Under the pieces are notes generated by a model, which had not been told where the DNA came from, searched no databases, and worked only from the letters and a program-made list of their open reading frames with translations. Positions 9,511 to 20,009 of a stretch of DNA of 64,000 bases are shown here, in pieces; position 1 is the stretch's first letter, and every line of letters begins with the position of its first letter. The stretch is from an uncultured archaeon. Its GTDB lineage: Archaea > Nanobdellota > Nanobdellia > Pacearchaeales > GW2011-AR1. The translations under genes and the position numbers were made by a program. Location of the stretch: positions 177,108-241,107 of the forward strand of contig CABMHR010000001.1 in assembly GCA_902386025.1 (NCBI GenBank), in the 5' to 3' direction.

Positions 9511-11118
9511 ATGATTACACAAATGACAAACAAATCATTTACATTTGCGATTTTAAGCATCTTTGCAATGCTGACTCTAATGAGTTTTGCAAGTGCAGCA
9601 ACATTAACAAATCAAAATCCAACTACTTTTCTAACAACAAGCGGGTCTCACACTCTTACTATTGATGTTACTGGGACTGCTTCAGAAGTTGTTACCTTAT
9701 CTTTGCCTGATATAACTCAGGATGGGAAGACAATTGACTTCACTGTTGCACCTTCTGTAACTATTGTAGCAACAGGGGTTGCTCAATCAATAACAATTAG
9801 CTATACTGTTCCTACTGACTTCGTATTCAATTACGGAAAAACTTACTCTACAATTTTAACTGCTACAGCAGCTTCAGGAAATACAAGCCAAACTTTTTCT
9901 TTCCCTGTTACTAATCCTACAAAATACACAGACAACGGAGATTTAAGTATAACAATTGATGACTTGTCTGTTAAAAATGGATTTGGAAAAGATGATGATT
10001 GGTTCCCTCTTGATGATGTTAATGCAAAAATAGTTGTTGAAAATAGCGGAACAGACAAGATCAAGAATATAGTTGTAGAATGGGGATTATATGATCAGAA
10101 TACAGGAAAATTTGTTATGAAAGAAAAGGAAAGCGATTTCAACTTAAATGACGGGGATGACAAGACATTAAACATTCCTTTCAAACTTGATGAAGTGAAC
10201 AAATTTGACAATAGTGATACTTATGTGTTCTACGCTTGGGCTACAGGAGAAGACGAAGCTCACAGCGATGATAAAACTTCAACTTATGATTCAGCTTCTA
10301 TTAATATGATAAATGATGAAAGCGATTTTGTTGTTCTTGGCAATATTCAGATTTCAGATTCTGTCTCATGCGGAGATGATGTTCATATCACAGCAGATGT
10401 CTGGAATATTGGAACAGATGACCAGGACAAGGTTTATGTAATCATATCTGAATCTACTTTGGGAATAAATCAAAAGGTTTCTATTGGGGATATAAGTTCT
10501 TTTGACAATGGAATCTTGGATGCAACCATAAAAATTCCCCAGGATGCTGAATCAGAAAAAAATTATGTCCTAAAACTCTCTGTTTATGGAGAAGACGGGC
10601 TTTATCAGAATGATTATGACGATTCAAAATCTCAATCTGATGTTTGGTTTAAAGTTTCAGGAACTTGTTCTGCTCCTGTAACAATTGCAGCAAGCTTACA
10701 GTCAGAAGCAAGAACAGGGCAGGAATTGAAAGTAAAAACAACTATTACAAACACAGATTCAAAAGCAGGCAATTTCACTCTTGATTTGAGCGGATACTCT
10801 TCTTGGGCAGAATTAGTAAATGTTAATAAAACTTCATTCACGGTAAATGCAGGAGCATCCCAAGATGTTATAATTACATTCAAAGTAAACGATGATGCTT
10901 CTGGAAGCCAGAATTTCAATATAGGATTGCAGGAAGGAACAAAGACATTTTCACAGCAGGTTTCTGTTCCATTGACACAGTCATCAGGATTTTCATTGTC
11001 AGGAATTACAGGCTTGTTTACAAGTGGGAATAAGCTGATTTGGGCAATCGGTGCATTGAATGCGATTTTGATATTAGTCATCATTATTGTAGCAGTAAAG
11101 GTTGTAAGAAAGAAATAA
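9511..11118 (+). CDS. Putative S-layer/cell-surface protein with CARDB/Ig-like domains and C-terminal anchor
   Basis: Signal peptide (SFASA), V(E/W)NxG repeats, C-terminal TM plus basic tail; start adjusted. Confidence 0.75.
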   Translation: MITQMTNKSFTFAILSIFAMLTLMSFASAATLTNQNPTTFLTTSGSHTLTIDVTGTASEVVTLSLPDITQDGKTIDFTVAPSVTIVATGVAQSITISYTVPTDFVFNYGKTYSTILTATAASGNTSQTFSFPVTNPTKYTDNGDLSITIDDLSVKNGFGKDDDWFPLDDVNAKIVVENSGTDKIKNIVVEWGLYDQNTGKFVMKEKESDFNLNDGDDKTLNIPFKLDEVNKFDNSDTYVFYAWATGEDEAHSDDKTSTYDSASINMINDESDFVVLGNIQISDSVSCGDDVHITADVWNIGTDDQDKVYVIISESTLGINQKVSIGDISSFDNGILDATIKIPQDAESEKNYVLKLSVYGEDGLYQNDYDDSKSQSDVWFKVSGTCSAPVTIAASLQSEARTGQELKVKTTITNTDSKAGNFTLDLSGYSSWAELVNVNKTSFTVNAGASQDVIITFKVNDDASGSQNFNIGLQEGTKTFSQQVSVPLTQSSGFSLSGITGLFTSGNKLIWAIGALNAILILVIIIVAVKVVRKK

Positions 11119-11119
11119 A

Positions 11120-11986
11120 ATGAACAAGATAAAAAGAACATTAGCTGGATTGTTATCTCTTCCTATAATGGGATGTGCTTCTTCTTTAAGGCCTGTTGGA
11201 AGCATTGACATTGCTTATGTTCCTGAAAGAGTTGATTCATCTTCTTCCTATTCTAATGAAATAAAAGTAGCTTCAGAATTGGGAATGGCATTAAGAGTTG
11301 GGGAAAATTTTGACTTTACAATAGGCGGAGAAGGAAAATTATTATTGACTCCTTTTGCAGATTCAGTAACAAAAATTATAGATTTGCAGAATTGCGGAAT
11401 CTACGCAAAAGCAGACATAGGAAAAAATCTTGAACTTTACGCAGAATACTCTATTAATTCACCTGTAAATGGAGAGCCATTGACACTTACAGGTGCAAAC
11501 GGAAAATCCCACGCAATAAACTACGGCGAACTTGCAGAAATTGGTTTTTTGCTTGACTGGAAAAAATTATCAGGATGGAAATTTCCTTTATTAGGACTTA
11601 ACCTTTCATTAAGCCCGGCCGTAAGTATGAGTGCAGCTTATGTTCCTGAAAGAGTTGATTCATCTGCCTCTTATCTTAATGAACTTGAAGCAGGGATAAA
11701 TGCAGGAATGACATTAAATATAGGAGAAAATTTTGACTTTACAATAGGCGGAGAAGGAAAAGTTTTTATTAATCCTCTTGCAAATTCTGTTACAAAAGCA
11801 GTAGATTCCCAGGAATATGGGATTTATGCAAAAGCAAATATAGGAAAGAATTTTGAACTTTACGCAAAATATTTTATTGATATTCCTGTAAGCGGGGAGC
11901 CATTGACACTTACAGATGCAAACGGAAAATCCCACGCAATAAACTACGGCGAATCAGCAGAAGCAGGAATTAAATTCACCTTCTAA
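11120..11986 (+). CDS. Putative lipoprotein with internal tandem duplication
   Basis: LPIMG-C lipobox-like; two repeats with 423-bp period (start 11213 and 11636). Confidence 0.7.
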   Translation: MNKIKRTLAGLLSLPIMGCASSLRPVGSIDIAYVPERVDSSSSYSNEIKVASELGMALRVGENFDFTIGGEGKLLLTPFADSVTKIIDLQNCGIYAKADIGKNLELYAEYSINSPVNGEPLTLTGANGKSHAINYGELAEIGFLLDWKKLSGWKFPLLGLNLSLSPAVSMSAAYVPERVDSSASYLNELEAGINAGMTLNIGENFDFTIGGEGKVFINPLANSVTKAVDSQEYGIYAKANIGKNFELYAKYFIDIPVSGEPLTLTDANGKSHAINYGESAEAGIKFTF

Positions 11987-12593
11987 AAATTTTATTAATT
12001 ATTCTCTCGCTGAATTTTTCTTCGTTCTCTAATCTTACAATAATAAGCCCTATTATATACCCGATTAATGCTCCTAAGATTACATCGCTGAAGAAATGCA
12101 GTCCGAAATAAACTCTTGAAAATGCAATAAGCACAGCGAATATTATCCAGAACTTTTTTAATCTTGGAAACTGCTTGGCTAAAATGGGAATAGCGCAGAA
12201 TGCAAACATGCTTTGGAAAGAAGGGAAAGAATAATTCCATACTGCAAAACTTGCTTCCTGCAGTCTTGGAAGAAGTGAAACAATCCCTAATTGGAAAGGA
12301 CGCAGCCTCTGAATTGTAAACTTCAGCAAAAAGCTGACTATTGCAGAAATTCCAAGACAGCTCCACAAAGGAATAATCCATCTTCTTTTATTCTCTCTCC
12401 ATAAAAAAAGAGCAGTCAAGATAAAGAAGATTAATATCTCTGAACTTAAGTAAGTTATAACAAGAAAAAATTTGTCAAGGAAATCATTTCTTAAAAGAGA
12501 AGCGTATTCAGACAGCTTGACATCAAAATAAAAACTTATAAGGATAAGGAATGCAAACACAATAAAAAGTATTGCTCTTTTATTTTTTTTCAT
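11976..12593 (-). CDS. PAP2-family phosphatase
   Basis: KFTIQRLRP, SFPSFQ, SRVYFGLHFFSDV. Confidence 0.88.
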   Translation of the reverse strand: MKKNKRAILFIVFAFLILISFYFDVKLSEYASLLRNDFLDKFFLVITYLSSEILIFFILTALFLWRENKRRWIIPLWSCLGISAIVSFLLKFTIQRLRPFQLGIVSLLPRLQEASFAVWNYSFPSFQSMFAFCAIPILAKQFPRLKKFWIIFAVLIAFSRVYFGLHFFSDVILGALIGYIIGLIIVRLENEEKFSERIINKIFRR

Positions 12594-12641
12594 ACTCTTA
12601 TTAACAAAAAATTATTTAAATAGATTTCCTCTTTGTTAGTT

Positions 12642-13202
12642 ATGAAGAAAGAGGGAAATTCTGCACTGAATATTTTTTTGAGATATGCAATTATGATTTT
12701 ATTCGGAATTTTAAATGCAGGTTTTTTTTATATTATCTTCACACCTCTTACAATTTATCCTGTTTATTTTTTGCTGAAGATTTTTTTTGGAGCATCTCTT
12801 ATTGGAAATGTCCTATTTGTTCATAATTTTCCTGTTGAAATAATAGGCGCGTGCGTCGCAGGTTCTGCTTATCTTCTGCTCTTGGTTTTAAATCTGTCAA
12901 CTCCCAAGATAAAATTGTCAAGGAGAATCGGGATTTTCTTTTTTTCATTTTCTCTTTTGCTGGCGGTTAATGTGTTGAGAATTTTTACACTTTCAGGAAT
13001 ATTGGTTTCAGGAAGTTCATTATTTGACTTGGCGCATAAAATATTCTGGTATGCAGGAAGTATTTTGTTTGTTGCAGGGATATGGTTCTTGAGTGTTAAG
13101 TTATTTAAGCTGAAAGAAATTCCATTCTATTCTGATATAAAATATCTTTGGAATAAGCTAAGAAAAGATATGAAGAAATCCAAGCATTCCAAGAAGCATT
13201 AA
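12642..13202 (+). CDS. Archaeosortase/exosortase family protein (pacearchaeosortase-like)
   Basis: EIIGACVAGSAY (Cys), NVLRI (Arg), His in LAHKIFW; multi-TM. Confidence 0.8.
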   Translation: MKKEGNSALNIFLRYAIMILFGILNAGFFYIIFTPLTIYPVYFLLKIFFGASLIGNVLFVHNFPVEIIGACVAGSAYLLLLVLNLSTPKIKLSRRIGIFFFSFSLLLAVNVLRIFTLSGILVSGSSLFDLAHKIFWYAGSILFVAGIWFLSVKLFKLKEIPFYSDIKYLWNKLRKDMKKSKHSKKH

Positions 13203-13204
13203 AA

Positions 13205-13996
13205 TTATATTGCTTGTCCTTGGTTCAGTTTTGTATTCACTTCAGATAAAGCTTCAAGCATAAATCTTTCTGTTGTATCTAAAATCTCGCAATTTTGGAC
13301 ATTAATATTATAGCAAGCAGGCCCTGATTTGTCGATTAATGATTCATTTCCTTCTCTGATATTTAGAAATCCATATCTTCCTTGTGAATCACAGCTCGCA
13401 TTCACGTCTTTTATCATATTTCCCCCAATAACTTCATATAATCTTAATAAGTTAGCAATTGCTATCATTCCGTCTCCATTGCAGTTAAAACTGCTGCTTA
13501 AATTTATTACATTTTCCTTTTTTAATTTTATAACCCCCTGAAATGGAACAGAATCTTCCAATTTTCTTGGGTCTTTTCTGAAATAAAAATTATAATCTGC
13601 TTCTTTCCCTGTTTTTGAGCTTCCAATGACAAATGCTCCGCTTTCATTGATAATGCCCGGAACAGATGTTCTATACAATGTCAATTGTCCGACTTTTTCA
13701 GTTGCAAATTTTACTCCTTTAACTTCAAAATGATTAAAAGAATAATTAATATACCAAACTGCAGCAACCATCAAAACAAGCCCAAGCATTACTGCTCCAA
13801 GAGTTATAAAAATCTTAGTTTCTTTTTTAAGCTGGTTTTTTGAAACTATTTTTTCCTCTTCAATTCCTTTGGAAATTATTGTCTTTTCCTTCCCTTCTTT
13901 TTCAACATCAAAAATCTCCTTGACTTCTTCCTTGATTAAGTTCTTTTTTGGAATATCTGATTCGCTCTTTTTTGCTTCTTTTCTCTTTTTTTCCAT
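13205..13996 (-). CDS. Membrane-anchored hypothetical protein
   Basis: Charged N-terminus, single TM, Cys-containing outer domain. Confidence 0.7.
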   Translation of the reverse strand: MEKKRKEAKKSESDIPKKNLIKEEVKEIFDVEKEGKEKTIISKGIEEEKIVSKNQLKKETKIFITLGAVMLGLVLMVAAVWYINYSFNHFEVKGVKFATEKVGQLTLYRTSVPGIINESGAFVIGSSKTGKEADYNFYFRKDPRKLEDSVPFQGVIKLKKENVINLSSSFNCNGDGMIAIANLLRLYEVIGGNMIKDVNASCDSQGRYGFLNIREGNESLIDKSGPACYNINVQNCEILDTTERFMLEALSEVNTKLNQGQAI

Positions 13997-14073
13997 TATG
14001 TAAATTCCTTTTTTACTTATCCTGAATTTTCTATTCAGTCATTTTAATAAATTTGGATTGCTGTTTATAAGGT

Positions 14074-14652
14074 TTATTGTATTCCAGTTATCTTATACAA
14101 AAAACTATCACTTAGCTTGATTAAATCTTCGCTTTTCCCCTCGATAAAAACACAGCTTTTATTCTGGCTTATTCCTATATTGCTGCTTTTTCTTATTACT
14201 ATAAAATTATCATCGCAGGTTTTTGCAGGCGCATTTTCTGCGCATTTGTCTGCTTCAAGACACGCTTCCTGCACTCTCTGGACTATTTGGTTCTGATAAA
14301 ATAAATTTCTGTAAATTTCTGTTCCTGCTTCTGAATTTTCTGTATAAATATACAATGGCTTTCCCTGATAACTGCTTAATGGATTCAAGACAGAATTTGT
14401 TTTTTCTGCTTCATTTGGATTATACTGGAAAGAAAACTGGAAACTGCCTGCATTGGTGTTCCATAATCCTGATGTCTTTGTGAATTCAAATCCATTATAT
14501 TTCAAGCTTGTTGAACTGCTTTTATTGCTTCCGCTTAAAGAATATCCAATAGTGCTCAGCGCCATGACTAATATCAGAATTCCTCCGATAATCAGCTGAT
14601 TCCTTCTTCTCTTTTTTTCAACTTTTTCCTGCGAAATTATCTTCCTCATCAA
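14074..14652 (-). CDS. Membrane-anchored hypothetical protein
   Basis: Basic N-terminus, TM, KYNGFEF motif, Cys cluster. Confidence 0.7.
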   Translation of the reverse strand: MMRKIISQEKVEKKRRRNQLIIGGILILVMALSTIGYSLSGSNKSSSTSLKYNGFEFTKTSGLWNTNAGSFQFSFQYNPNEAEKTNSVLNPLSSYQGKPLYIYTENSEAGTEIYRNLFYQNQIVQRVQEACLEADKCAENAPAKTCDDNFIVIRKSSNIGISQNKSCVFIEGKSEDLIKLSDSFLYKITGIQ

Positions 14653-14764
14653 TAAAAATATTTTTCATACTATAAAAAACTTATGAAACACCAGATTAGT
14701 TTTAATTTAGTTATCACTAATCTCTAAAAAAAAGAAAAAGAAAAAATAAAATAAAAAATTGTTT

Positions 14765-17242
14765 TTATGCAACTACAAGTGTAGCAGTTGTAGCAGAAGT
14801 ACCTTTGTATTTCTTTCCAACTGTTGTATCTACAGTTTGTGTTCTTAAGTAAGTAGCAGCATTTACAGTATCAGCAGCTTCATAACCCGCAACGACTAAA
14901 GCAACTTTCCCTGTTGAGTAAGTGCTTGCTAAACTTTGGATCAAGAATTGTCCTGAGCCAATGTCTGTCTTTGTTGTGAAATCGCTTCCACAAGTGCTTC
15001 CTAATAAATTAGCAGCAACAGAGTTAATACAGCTTCCACCAACAACAATCAAGTTCTTTGAACTTACAGAGCTAACTTCAGAGTCTTTTACAAGAACATC
15101 TCCAAGTTGTGTTGCTCCTCCTGTTGTTGAGCTTACAGATATGTCTCCACTATTAATGTATACTAATGGATTTGCAATGCTCTTTGGTATTGAAGCTTCT
15201 ATGCTTACTGGTGAATCTGCAGGGTCTGTGCTGATTATATGTTGTCCGTAAAGTCCAATATACTCTTGTACATTTGAATCATCTGGACTAGTTAACCATT
15301 TGCTTGTTCCTGCTTGAGTGACTTTTGCATCTCCAGAACTGTTTGTAACATTTACATAGAATACTGCTCCTTGGTTAGGAAGAGTGAACTGATCGTCATC
15401 TCTTGTTGTATCATCTATTGTTACATTTAAGCTCCAAGGGTCTGATACACTTGAGGTACCCACCGTATTGGTAGGATCAATTATCTCATTAACAAAGGTA
15501 GCATTTTTATCTGTTATATTAATCAACGTATTGTAATACGTTCTAATATAATTAGATACGCTTGCATTGCTTAAATCAGTAGTTGATTCTTTACTTCCAT
15601 AGTCCCCGCTACTGAATGCAATTAAACAATCATTAGCGCTTGAACAGCTTGAAGCATTTATGAAAGTAAAGTCTGCTCCAGCTTCTTGCAATGTACCATG
15701 TCCCATAGATCCAGCTGCTGTAGTCATAACTACATCTCTATCTACTTGGTTTGAACCAGGGTTTAGAGTAAAGTGGAATACGGGATTAGTATCTGTAGTT
15801 TTATCTGCTCCTTTATATTGAATCACAACTGTTTTAGCATTACTTGTAGGAACCTTAGGATTTCCAGTGTTTAGAATGACATAATCATTCTTTGAAACAT
15901 TTTGGAAAGTTGAAAGCAATACTAAGCTTTTGTCTGCATCAGCTCCACCATAGACTCCTGAAGTATTTGTGTATAATACAGGCAATTCAACTTTATCCCC
16001 ATTGTAGTTTACAAAATCAAGGGTATATTTTTTGTCATTTCCAGAAACTTTAAAGCTAATATTTTCATAACTTTGAGCTTTTAATCCTGCAAATGATATA
16101 TCCCAATTCTGTCCAACTAATACTTCTGGTTTATCCAAATCTGAAGCCTGGCTTAATTTCTTTCCAACTGGAACATATAAGTCATCTTCTGCAGTCATGT
16201 TAATTGCAATTTGGCTGATGGATACATCAGACACATTGCTTGCAGTTATATCAACATGTGCATCGCTTACTGTTTCTCCATTTACAACCATTGCAGAGTT
16301 ATTGTTCAATTCAAGTTTATCTGCTCCTATGTAGAATACAGCATTATTATCTGCTCCAGCAATACCCTGATAAGTTATATCAGTTACAGCTAGATATTTT
16401 CCATTGGCTAATTTTTCAATATCGCCTTTGTCCATCTTAGCTGTTGTTTCAGTTCCACTTGCTGAAGTAATAGTGAACTTTGCTTCAGTAGCACTTGTAA
16501 CTTCTGCACTAACAGTATATTCTCCTATAGTTAATGGTGTTGCACGGGCAGTTCCTGTTAAAGCACCGCTCATTAAAGTCAAATCTACACCTTTTGAAGT
16601 CATATAAGCACTTGTTATAGTGTAAGTTTTTCCCAAAAGAGTTATTTGTTTGTCCTCTATGTCTGATAATTTGTTGTCTGCTGTGTCAATATCAGATCCT
16701 AAAGCAGTACCAAAACTCATAACATACTTTGCAATCTGTTGTCCGCTTGGTATCTTAAAAAACAATCCTAAAGCATCTGTATCTGGGTCTGAAGTGTAGA
16801 TAACTCTACCTGGGTCGGATAAATCAGTTGTTTCAAAATAGAGATACTGCTTGTAAGTAGAATCTCCTTTCTCGTTAGAGAGAGAACCATCTGCTAAAAT
16901 AGCTAAGTCGCCAGAACTAATATATGAAGTAACTTCTGCTATAGATTCATTAATCTCCAATATATCAGAACTTGTTCCAACCTGCCAAGCATCTCCGCCA
17001 GTTACAGTAGTGCTTCCGCTTGTTCCAGTCATATATGATTGCAAGTTTGACTGAATGTTTCCTGCCTGAACTAAATCAAGTGAAGAAACACCAGAACCTG
17101 TACCATAAACAACAGCGACATTTGCAGCTCCTCCAGCAACGAAAGGTGCGGGATAATTTGCAGCTACAGCAGTGCCCATAGTTAATCCTACCATCAATGC
17201 GCTAGCAGCGATTGCCGTTACTTTTTTAAAATTTAATCTCAT
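14765..17242 (-). CDS. S-layer protein
   Basis: FKKVTAIAASALMVG signal, YPAPFV, C-terminal NLIVVGGSCINSVAA and VVAGYEAADT as in Methanococcus-type S-layer domains. Confidence 0.88.
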   Translation of the reverse strand: MRLNFKKVTAIAASALMVGLTMGTAVAANYPAPFVAGGAANVAVVYGTGSGVSSLDLVQAGNIQSNLQSYMTGTSGSTTVTGGDAWQVGTSSDILEINESIAEVTSYISSGDLAILADGSLSNEKGDSTYKQYLYFETTDLSDPGRVIYTSDPDTDALGLFFKIPSGQQIAKYVMSFGTALGSDIDTADNKLSDIEDKQITLLGKTYTITSAYMTSKGVDLTLMSGALTGTARATPLTIGEYTVSAEVTSATEAKFTITSASGTETTAKMDKGDIEKLANGKYLAVTDITYQGIAGADNNAVFYIGADKLELNNNSAMVVNGETVSDAHVDITASNVSDVSISQIAINMTAEDDLYVPVGKKLSQASDLDKPEVLVGQNWDISFAGLKAQSYENISFKVSGNDKKYTLDFVNYNGDKVELPVLYTNTSGVYGGADADKSLVLLSTFQNVSKNDYVILNTGNPKVPTSNAKTVVIQYKGADKTTDTNPVFHFTLNPGSNQVDRDVVMTTAAGSMGHGTLQEAGADFTFINASSCSSANDCLIAFSSGDYGSKESTTDLSNASVSNYIRTYYNTLINITDKNATFVNEIIDPTNTVGTSSVSDPWSLNVTIDDTTRDDDQFTLPNQGAVFYVNVTNSSGDAKVTQAGTSKWLTSPDDSNVQEYIGLYGQHIISTDPADSPVSIEASIPKSIANPLVYINSGDISVSSTTGGATQLGDVLVKDSEVSSVSSKNLIVVGGSCINSVAANLLGSTCGSDFTTKTDIGSGQFLIQSLASTYSTGKVALVVAGYEAADTVNAATYLRTQTVDTTVGKKYKGTSATTATLVVA

Positions 17243-17630
17243 TTTTTTAACCTCCTTTCAACTCTATTTAATATGTTGTCTATGACAACCTCTCCTCTCA
17301 ACCGATGAGATAGGGTAACCCATCCTGTCGAGATGAACATGAACGCCCTATTAGAACACTCAATAACGAGTGTTAAAAGAAAAAATTCATTTTGCTTTAA
17401 AAAACTTGTTGTGATATTTTCACTTACCCTATCAAAACTATGTAGTTTTACTACATTTATTTATAAAGATGGTGATATCACTCTAATATGATTACACTTA
17501 TTGAGGGTTCTGTGAGAAAGATTTATTAACATATATTCTTTTTGCAGAATATATAACTAAATATATCATACTCTCTGATTATATATATCATAGATATATT
17601 ATTAAAAAAAACATATATTGGTAAGAAGGG

Positions 17631-17975
17631 ATGGTAACAAGGGAAATAACAATAAAAGAAGCAAAGGGGGCATTTTCTATATTTAAGAAGCCCTCTAAGG
17701 GGAAGGAAGAATATGATTTCTCTGGGATATCTGCATTGAGGCAGGTGCTGGGCAATGAAAAAGCGAGGATATTAAGCGTCATAAAAAATGACAAGCCGAG
17801 TTCTTTATATGATTTGTCCAAGAAGCTTGGCAGGAATTTCAAGTCTGTTTACGCTGATTCTAAACTGCTTGAAAGATTTGGTTTTATAGAACTGGCTGAA
17901 GAGAAAGTAAATAACCGGACAAGATGCAAGCCAAAGATAGTAACAGATACCATAACAATACAAATTAAGATTTAA
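17631..17975 (+). CDS. Winged-HTH transcriptional regulator
   Basis: PSSLYDLSKKLGRNFKSVYADSKLLERFGFI. Confidence 0.8.
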   Translation: MVTREITIKEAKGAFSIFKKPSKGKEEYDFSGISALRQVLGNEKARILSVIKNDKPSSLYDLSKKLGRNFKSVYADSKLLERFGFIELAEEKVNNRTRCKPKIVTDTITIQIKI

Positions 17976-18451
17976 CTGTAAAGATTAAGGGAAACCTGAT
18001 AGTCTGTTCCTCCTCTTGTAAAGTCCTGAAATGCCCCCTGATAACTTGCTGTTTTATTCCCGCCTTGGAATTTTATCTTTTCCTGCTCATCTGCTGTAAT
18101 TTTAAATTCATATCCTTTTACTGCACTCTGGGTTCCAACATTCCATCCTTTTGTAACCATATTGCCTAAATTAGATTTTAATACATCACAGCTGTCTCTT
18201 CCATCAATGCATATATCTCCATTCTCGCAGGAAATTATCAATTCCTGCACAGGAAGAAATCCTATCTGGCTGTCGCAGTCTGTTGTATACTGCAGGCTTG
18301 ATTCTATAAAACTTTCAATTTCAGAATCTTGAACAATAGTCTGATCAGGAGTTTTTATCAAAAAACTAAGCAGGATTAGAAGGATTACCCCCACAATTAC
18401 TACAATCACTGCAAATCCAACCATCTCCTCTTGCGCTAATTTATCTCTCAT
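17972..18451 (-). CDS. Pilin-like protein, class III signal peptide
   Basis: DKLA|QEEMVGF plus hydrophobic stretch. Confidence 0.75.
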   Translation of the reverse strand: MRDKLAQEEMVGFAVIVVIVGVILLILLSFLIKTPDQTIVQDSEIESFIESSLQYTTDCDSQIGFLPVQELIISCENGDICIDGRDSCDVLKSNLGNMVTKGWNVGTQSAVKGYEFKITADEQEKIKFQGGNKTASYQGAFQDFTRGGTDYQVSLNLYS

Positions 18452-19074
18452 TGTGTTTTGTCCTCAGAACTAACCATTAATCTGGCAAGTTCGCATTTAT
18501 CATAAGCTCCTGTCCCGCCTGATTTCTTCCTGCACAGCGAGATAAAACTTGAACTGGAAGGCAGTGTTTTTACATTCTTGTCAAGGATTTTAAGAACCCC
18601 GCAATTTGGATAATTTTCCATATTGCATTCTATATTTCCAGAATCAGGATAAACTTTCCTTATTTCTATTTTTGCAACACCCCAGAAACCAGAAAATTTA
18701 TCTTTATTTTCTGAAAGAATTATAACTTTATCAAAATCAACGCAGTCTGTTCTGCTGCTCCCAAATGCATTTTCGCAGGATAACTCTGGAGAATTTGCAA
18801 GTTTTGATACAAGAAGAGTAGCTTCTTTTTCTGCAAGATTTGTAGCTGTTTTCTGAAGATTCTGCATTATTATGGATAGAAAAAACAATCCGACAAGAAC
18901 AAACAGGAAAGTAACTGCTATAATCATAAAAACCATCTGCTGTATTTTCATCTGAGCCGAGCGATTTCGCGGTATTAAGGCACGTGTCATGCAAGCGAAG
19001 TCGGGAGTAGAGCGATTTCGCGGTATTAAGGCACGTGTCATGCAAGCGAAGTCGGGAGTTTTTTTGTTTACCAT
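18448..19074 (-). CDS. Pilin-like protein, class III signal peptide, carrying tandem 17-aa insertion
   Basis: MVNKK[TPDFACMTRALIPRNRS]x2 AQMKIQQM plus hydrophobic stretch. Confidence 0.8.
   Translation of the reverse strand: MVNKKTPDFACMTRALIPRNRSTPDFACMTRALIPRNRSAQMKIQQMVFMIIAVTFLFVLVGLFFLSIIMQNLQKTATNLAEKEATLLVSKLANSPELSCENAFGSSRTDCVDFDKVIILSENKDKFSGFWGVAKIEIRKVYPDSGNIECNMENYPNCGVLKILDKNVKTLPSSSSFISLCRKKSGGTGAYDKCELARLMVSSEDKTQ
18958..19059 (-). repeat. 51-bp coding-insertion element, two tandem copies (18958-19008, 19009-19059)
   Basis: Period 51 bp, copies differ by 1 nt; homologous to 20528-20578 and 55202-55252. Confidence 0.95.
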
Positions 19075-20006
19075 AGCAGGCAGTCTCCGGCATTATTTAT
19101 TTCAGTTATAGCATCTGCTTCTGTCTTGACAATTCCCAATTCAGAAGAGCTTGTTAAATCTCCTGCAAGCTGGCTTAATTCATCCAAACTTCCTCCTGCA
19201 TTGTTGTCACATCCTTCTTTCTGGATAAGCATCCCTTTGTCTTTATACAGCAGAGAAATTTCTTCTAATCTAAGCATTAATCTTTTTATCTGGCATTCAT
19301 ATGCATCTTTGTCTGAAAATATTGCAGCATACATCAATGCGCTTGTCCCTTCTCCTGTTTCAGCAAAATACATAATTTTTCCGTCTTTCTCAACAGATTC
19401 AGAAGACAAGTCAACATTTATGTCGCAGTTTTCATTGTTGAAGCATATTCTTATTCCATTCTGGGCGCAGTTGTCTATAAGCAGATTGCTCTGGTTTAAA
19501 TTGAATATTTCCTGGCTTATCTCTTCAGGAGCGTCGACAAAGCAGTAGCTTTTTTTTGAAGAAGTCATGTAAATCAAGTCTGCAATTTTGAATGGGAAAT
19601 CAAAGGGTTTTGAGAAAATGTAAAATGTTTTTCCTTCTGTTTCATTGTCTGAGAAAATATATTTGTTTTCAAAAAAAATGTTCACGTCGGTTTTTACCCA
19701 TTTGTTGAAGCTTTTTTGCTCCAGTTGTATTCCCTGCTTCCCAAAATTCCCCGCACTGTCGCAGATGTTATGAATTCTTGTCTCTGTTGGGATTGTTATG
19801 GAAGTTGTCTGCGCTGTTTCGTAGCTTGTTTCCAGAGGATTTAACAAAGCATCTATTTCCTTTCCTGTCTTAGCGCTTACTGTTTCCTGCCCAGAATTAA
19901 TTAATTTTGAACTGAAATAAATAGCAAGAAAAATTATGACAATTCCCGCAATAAGAGCAAACAGCCAGCCAAAAGAAATTTCAAGCGCCCCTTTTTTTTC
20001 TTTCAT
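19068..20006 (-). CDS. Pilin-like protein, class III signal peptide
   Basis: MKEKKG|ALEISFGWLFALIAG. Confidence 0.75.
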   Translation of the reverse strand: MKEKKGALEISFGWLFALIAGIVIIFLAIYFSSKLINSGQETVSAKTGKEIDALLNPLETSYETAQTTSITIPTETRIHNICDSAGNFGKQGIQLEQKSFNKWVKTDVNIFFENKYIFSDNETEGKTFYIFSKPFDFPFKIADLIYMTSSKKSYCFVDAPEEISQEIFNLNQSNLLIDNCAQNGIRICFNNENCDINVDLSSESVEKDGKIMYFAETGEGTSALMYAAIFSDKDAYECQIKRLMLRLEEISLLYKDKGMLIQKEGCDNNAGGSLDELSQLAGDLTSSSELGIVKTEADAITEINNAGDCLLW

Positions 20007-20009
20007 AAA

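Noticed and set aside
18958..19059. CRISPR array or DGR template/variable repeat
   Set aside because: Units abut without spacers, lie in frame in coding DNA, differences are not adenine-specific, and no cas or reverse transcriptase gene is in the window.
18737..19093. Alternative-frame ORF with repeated SRLRLHDTCLNTAKSL
   Set aside because: Shadow reading of the repeat inside the pilin-like gene.
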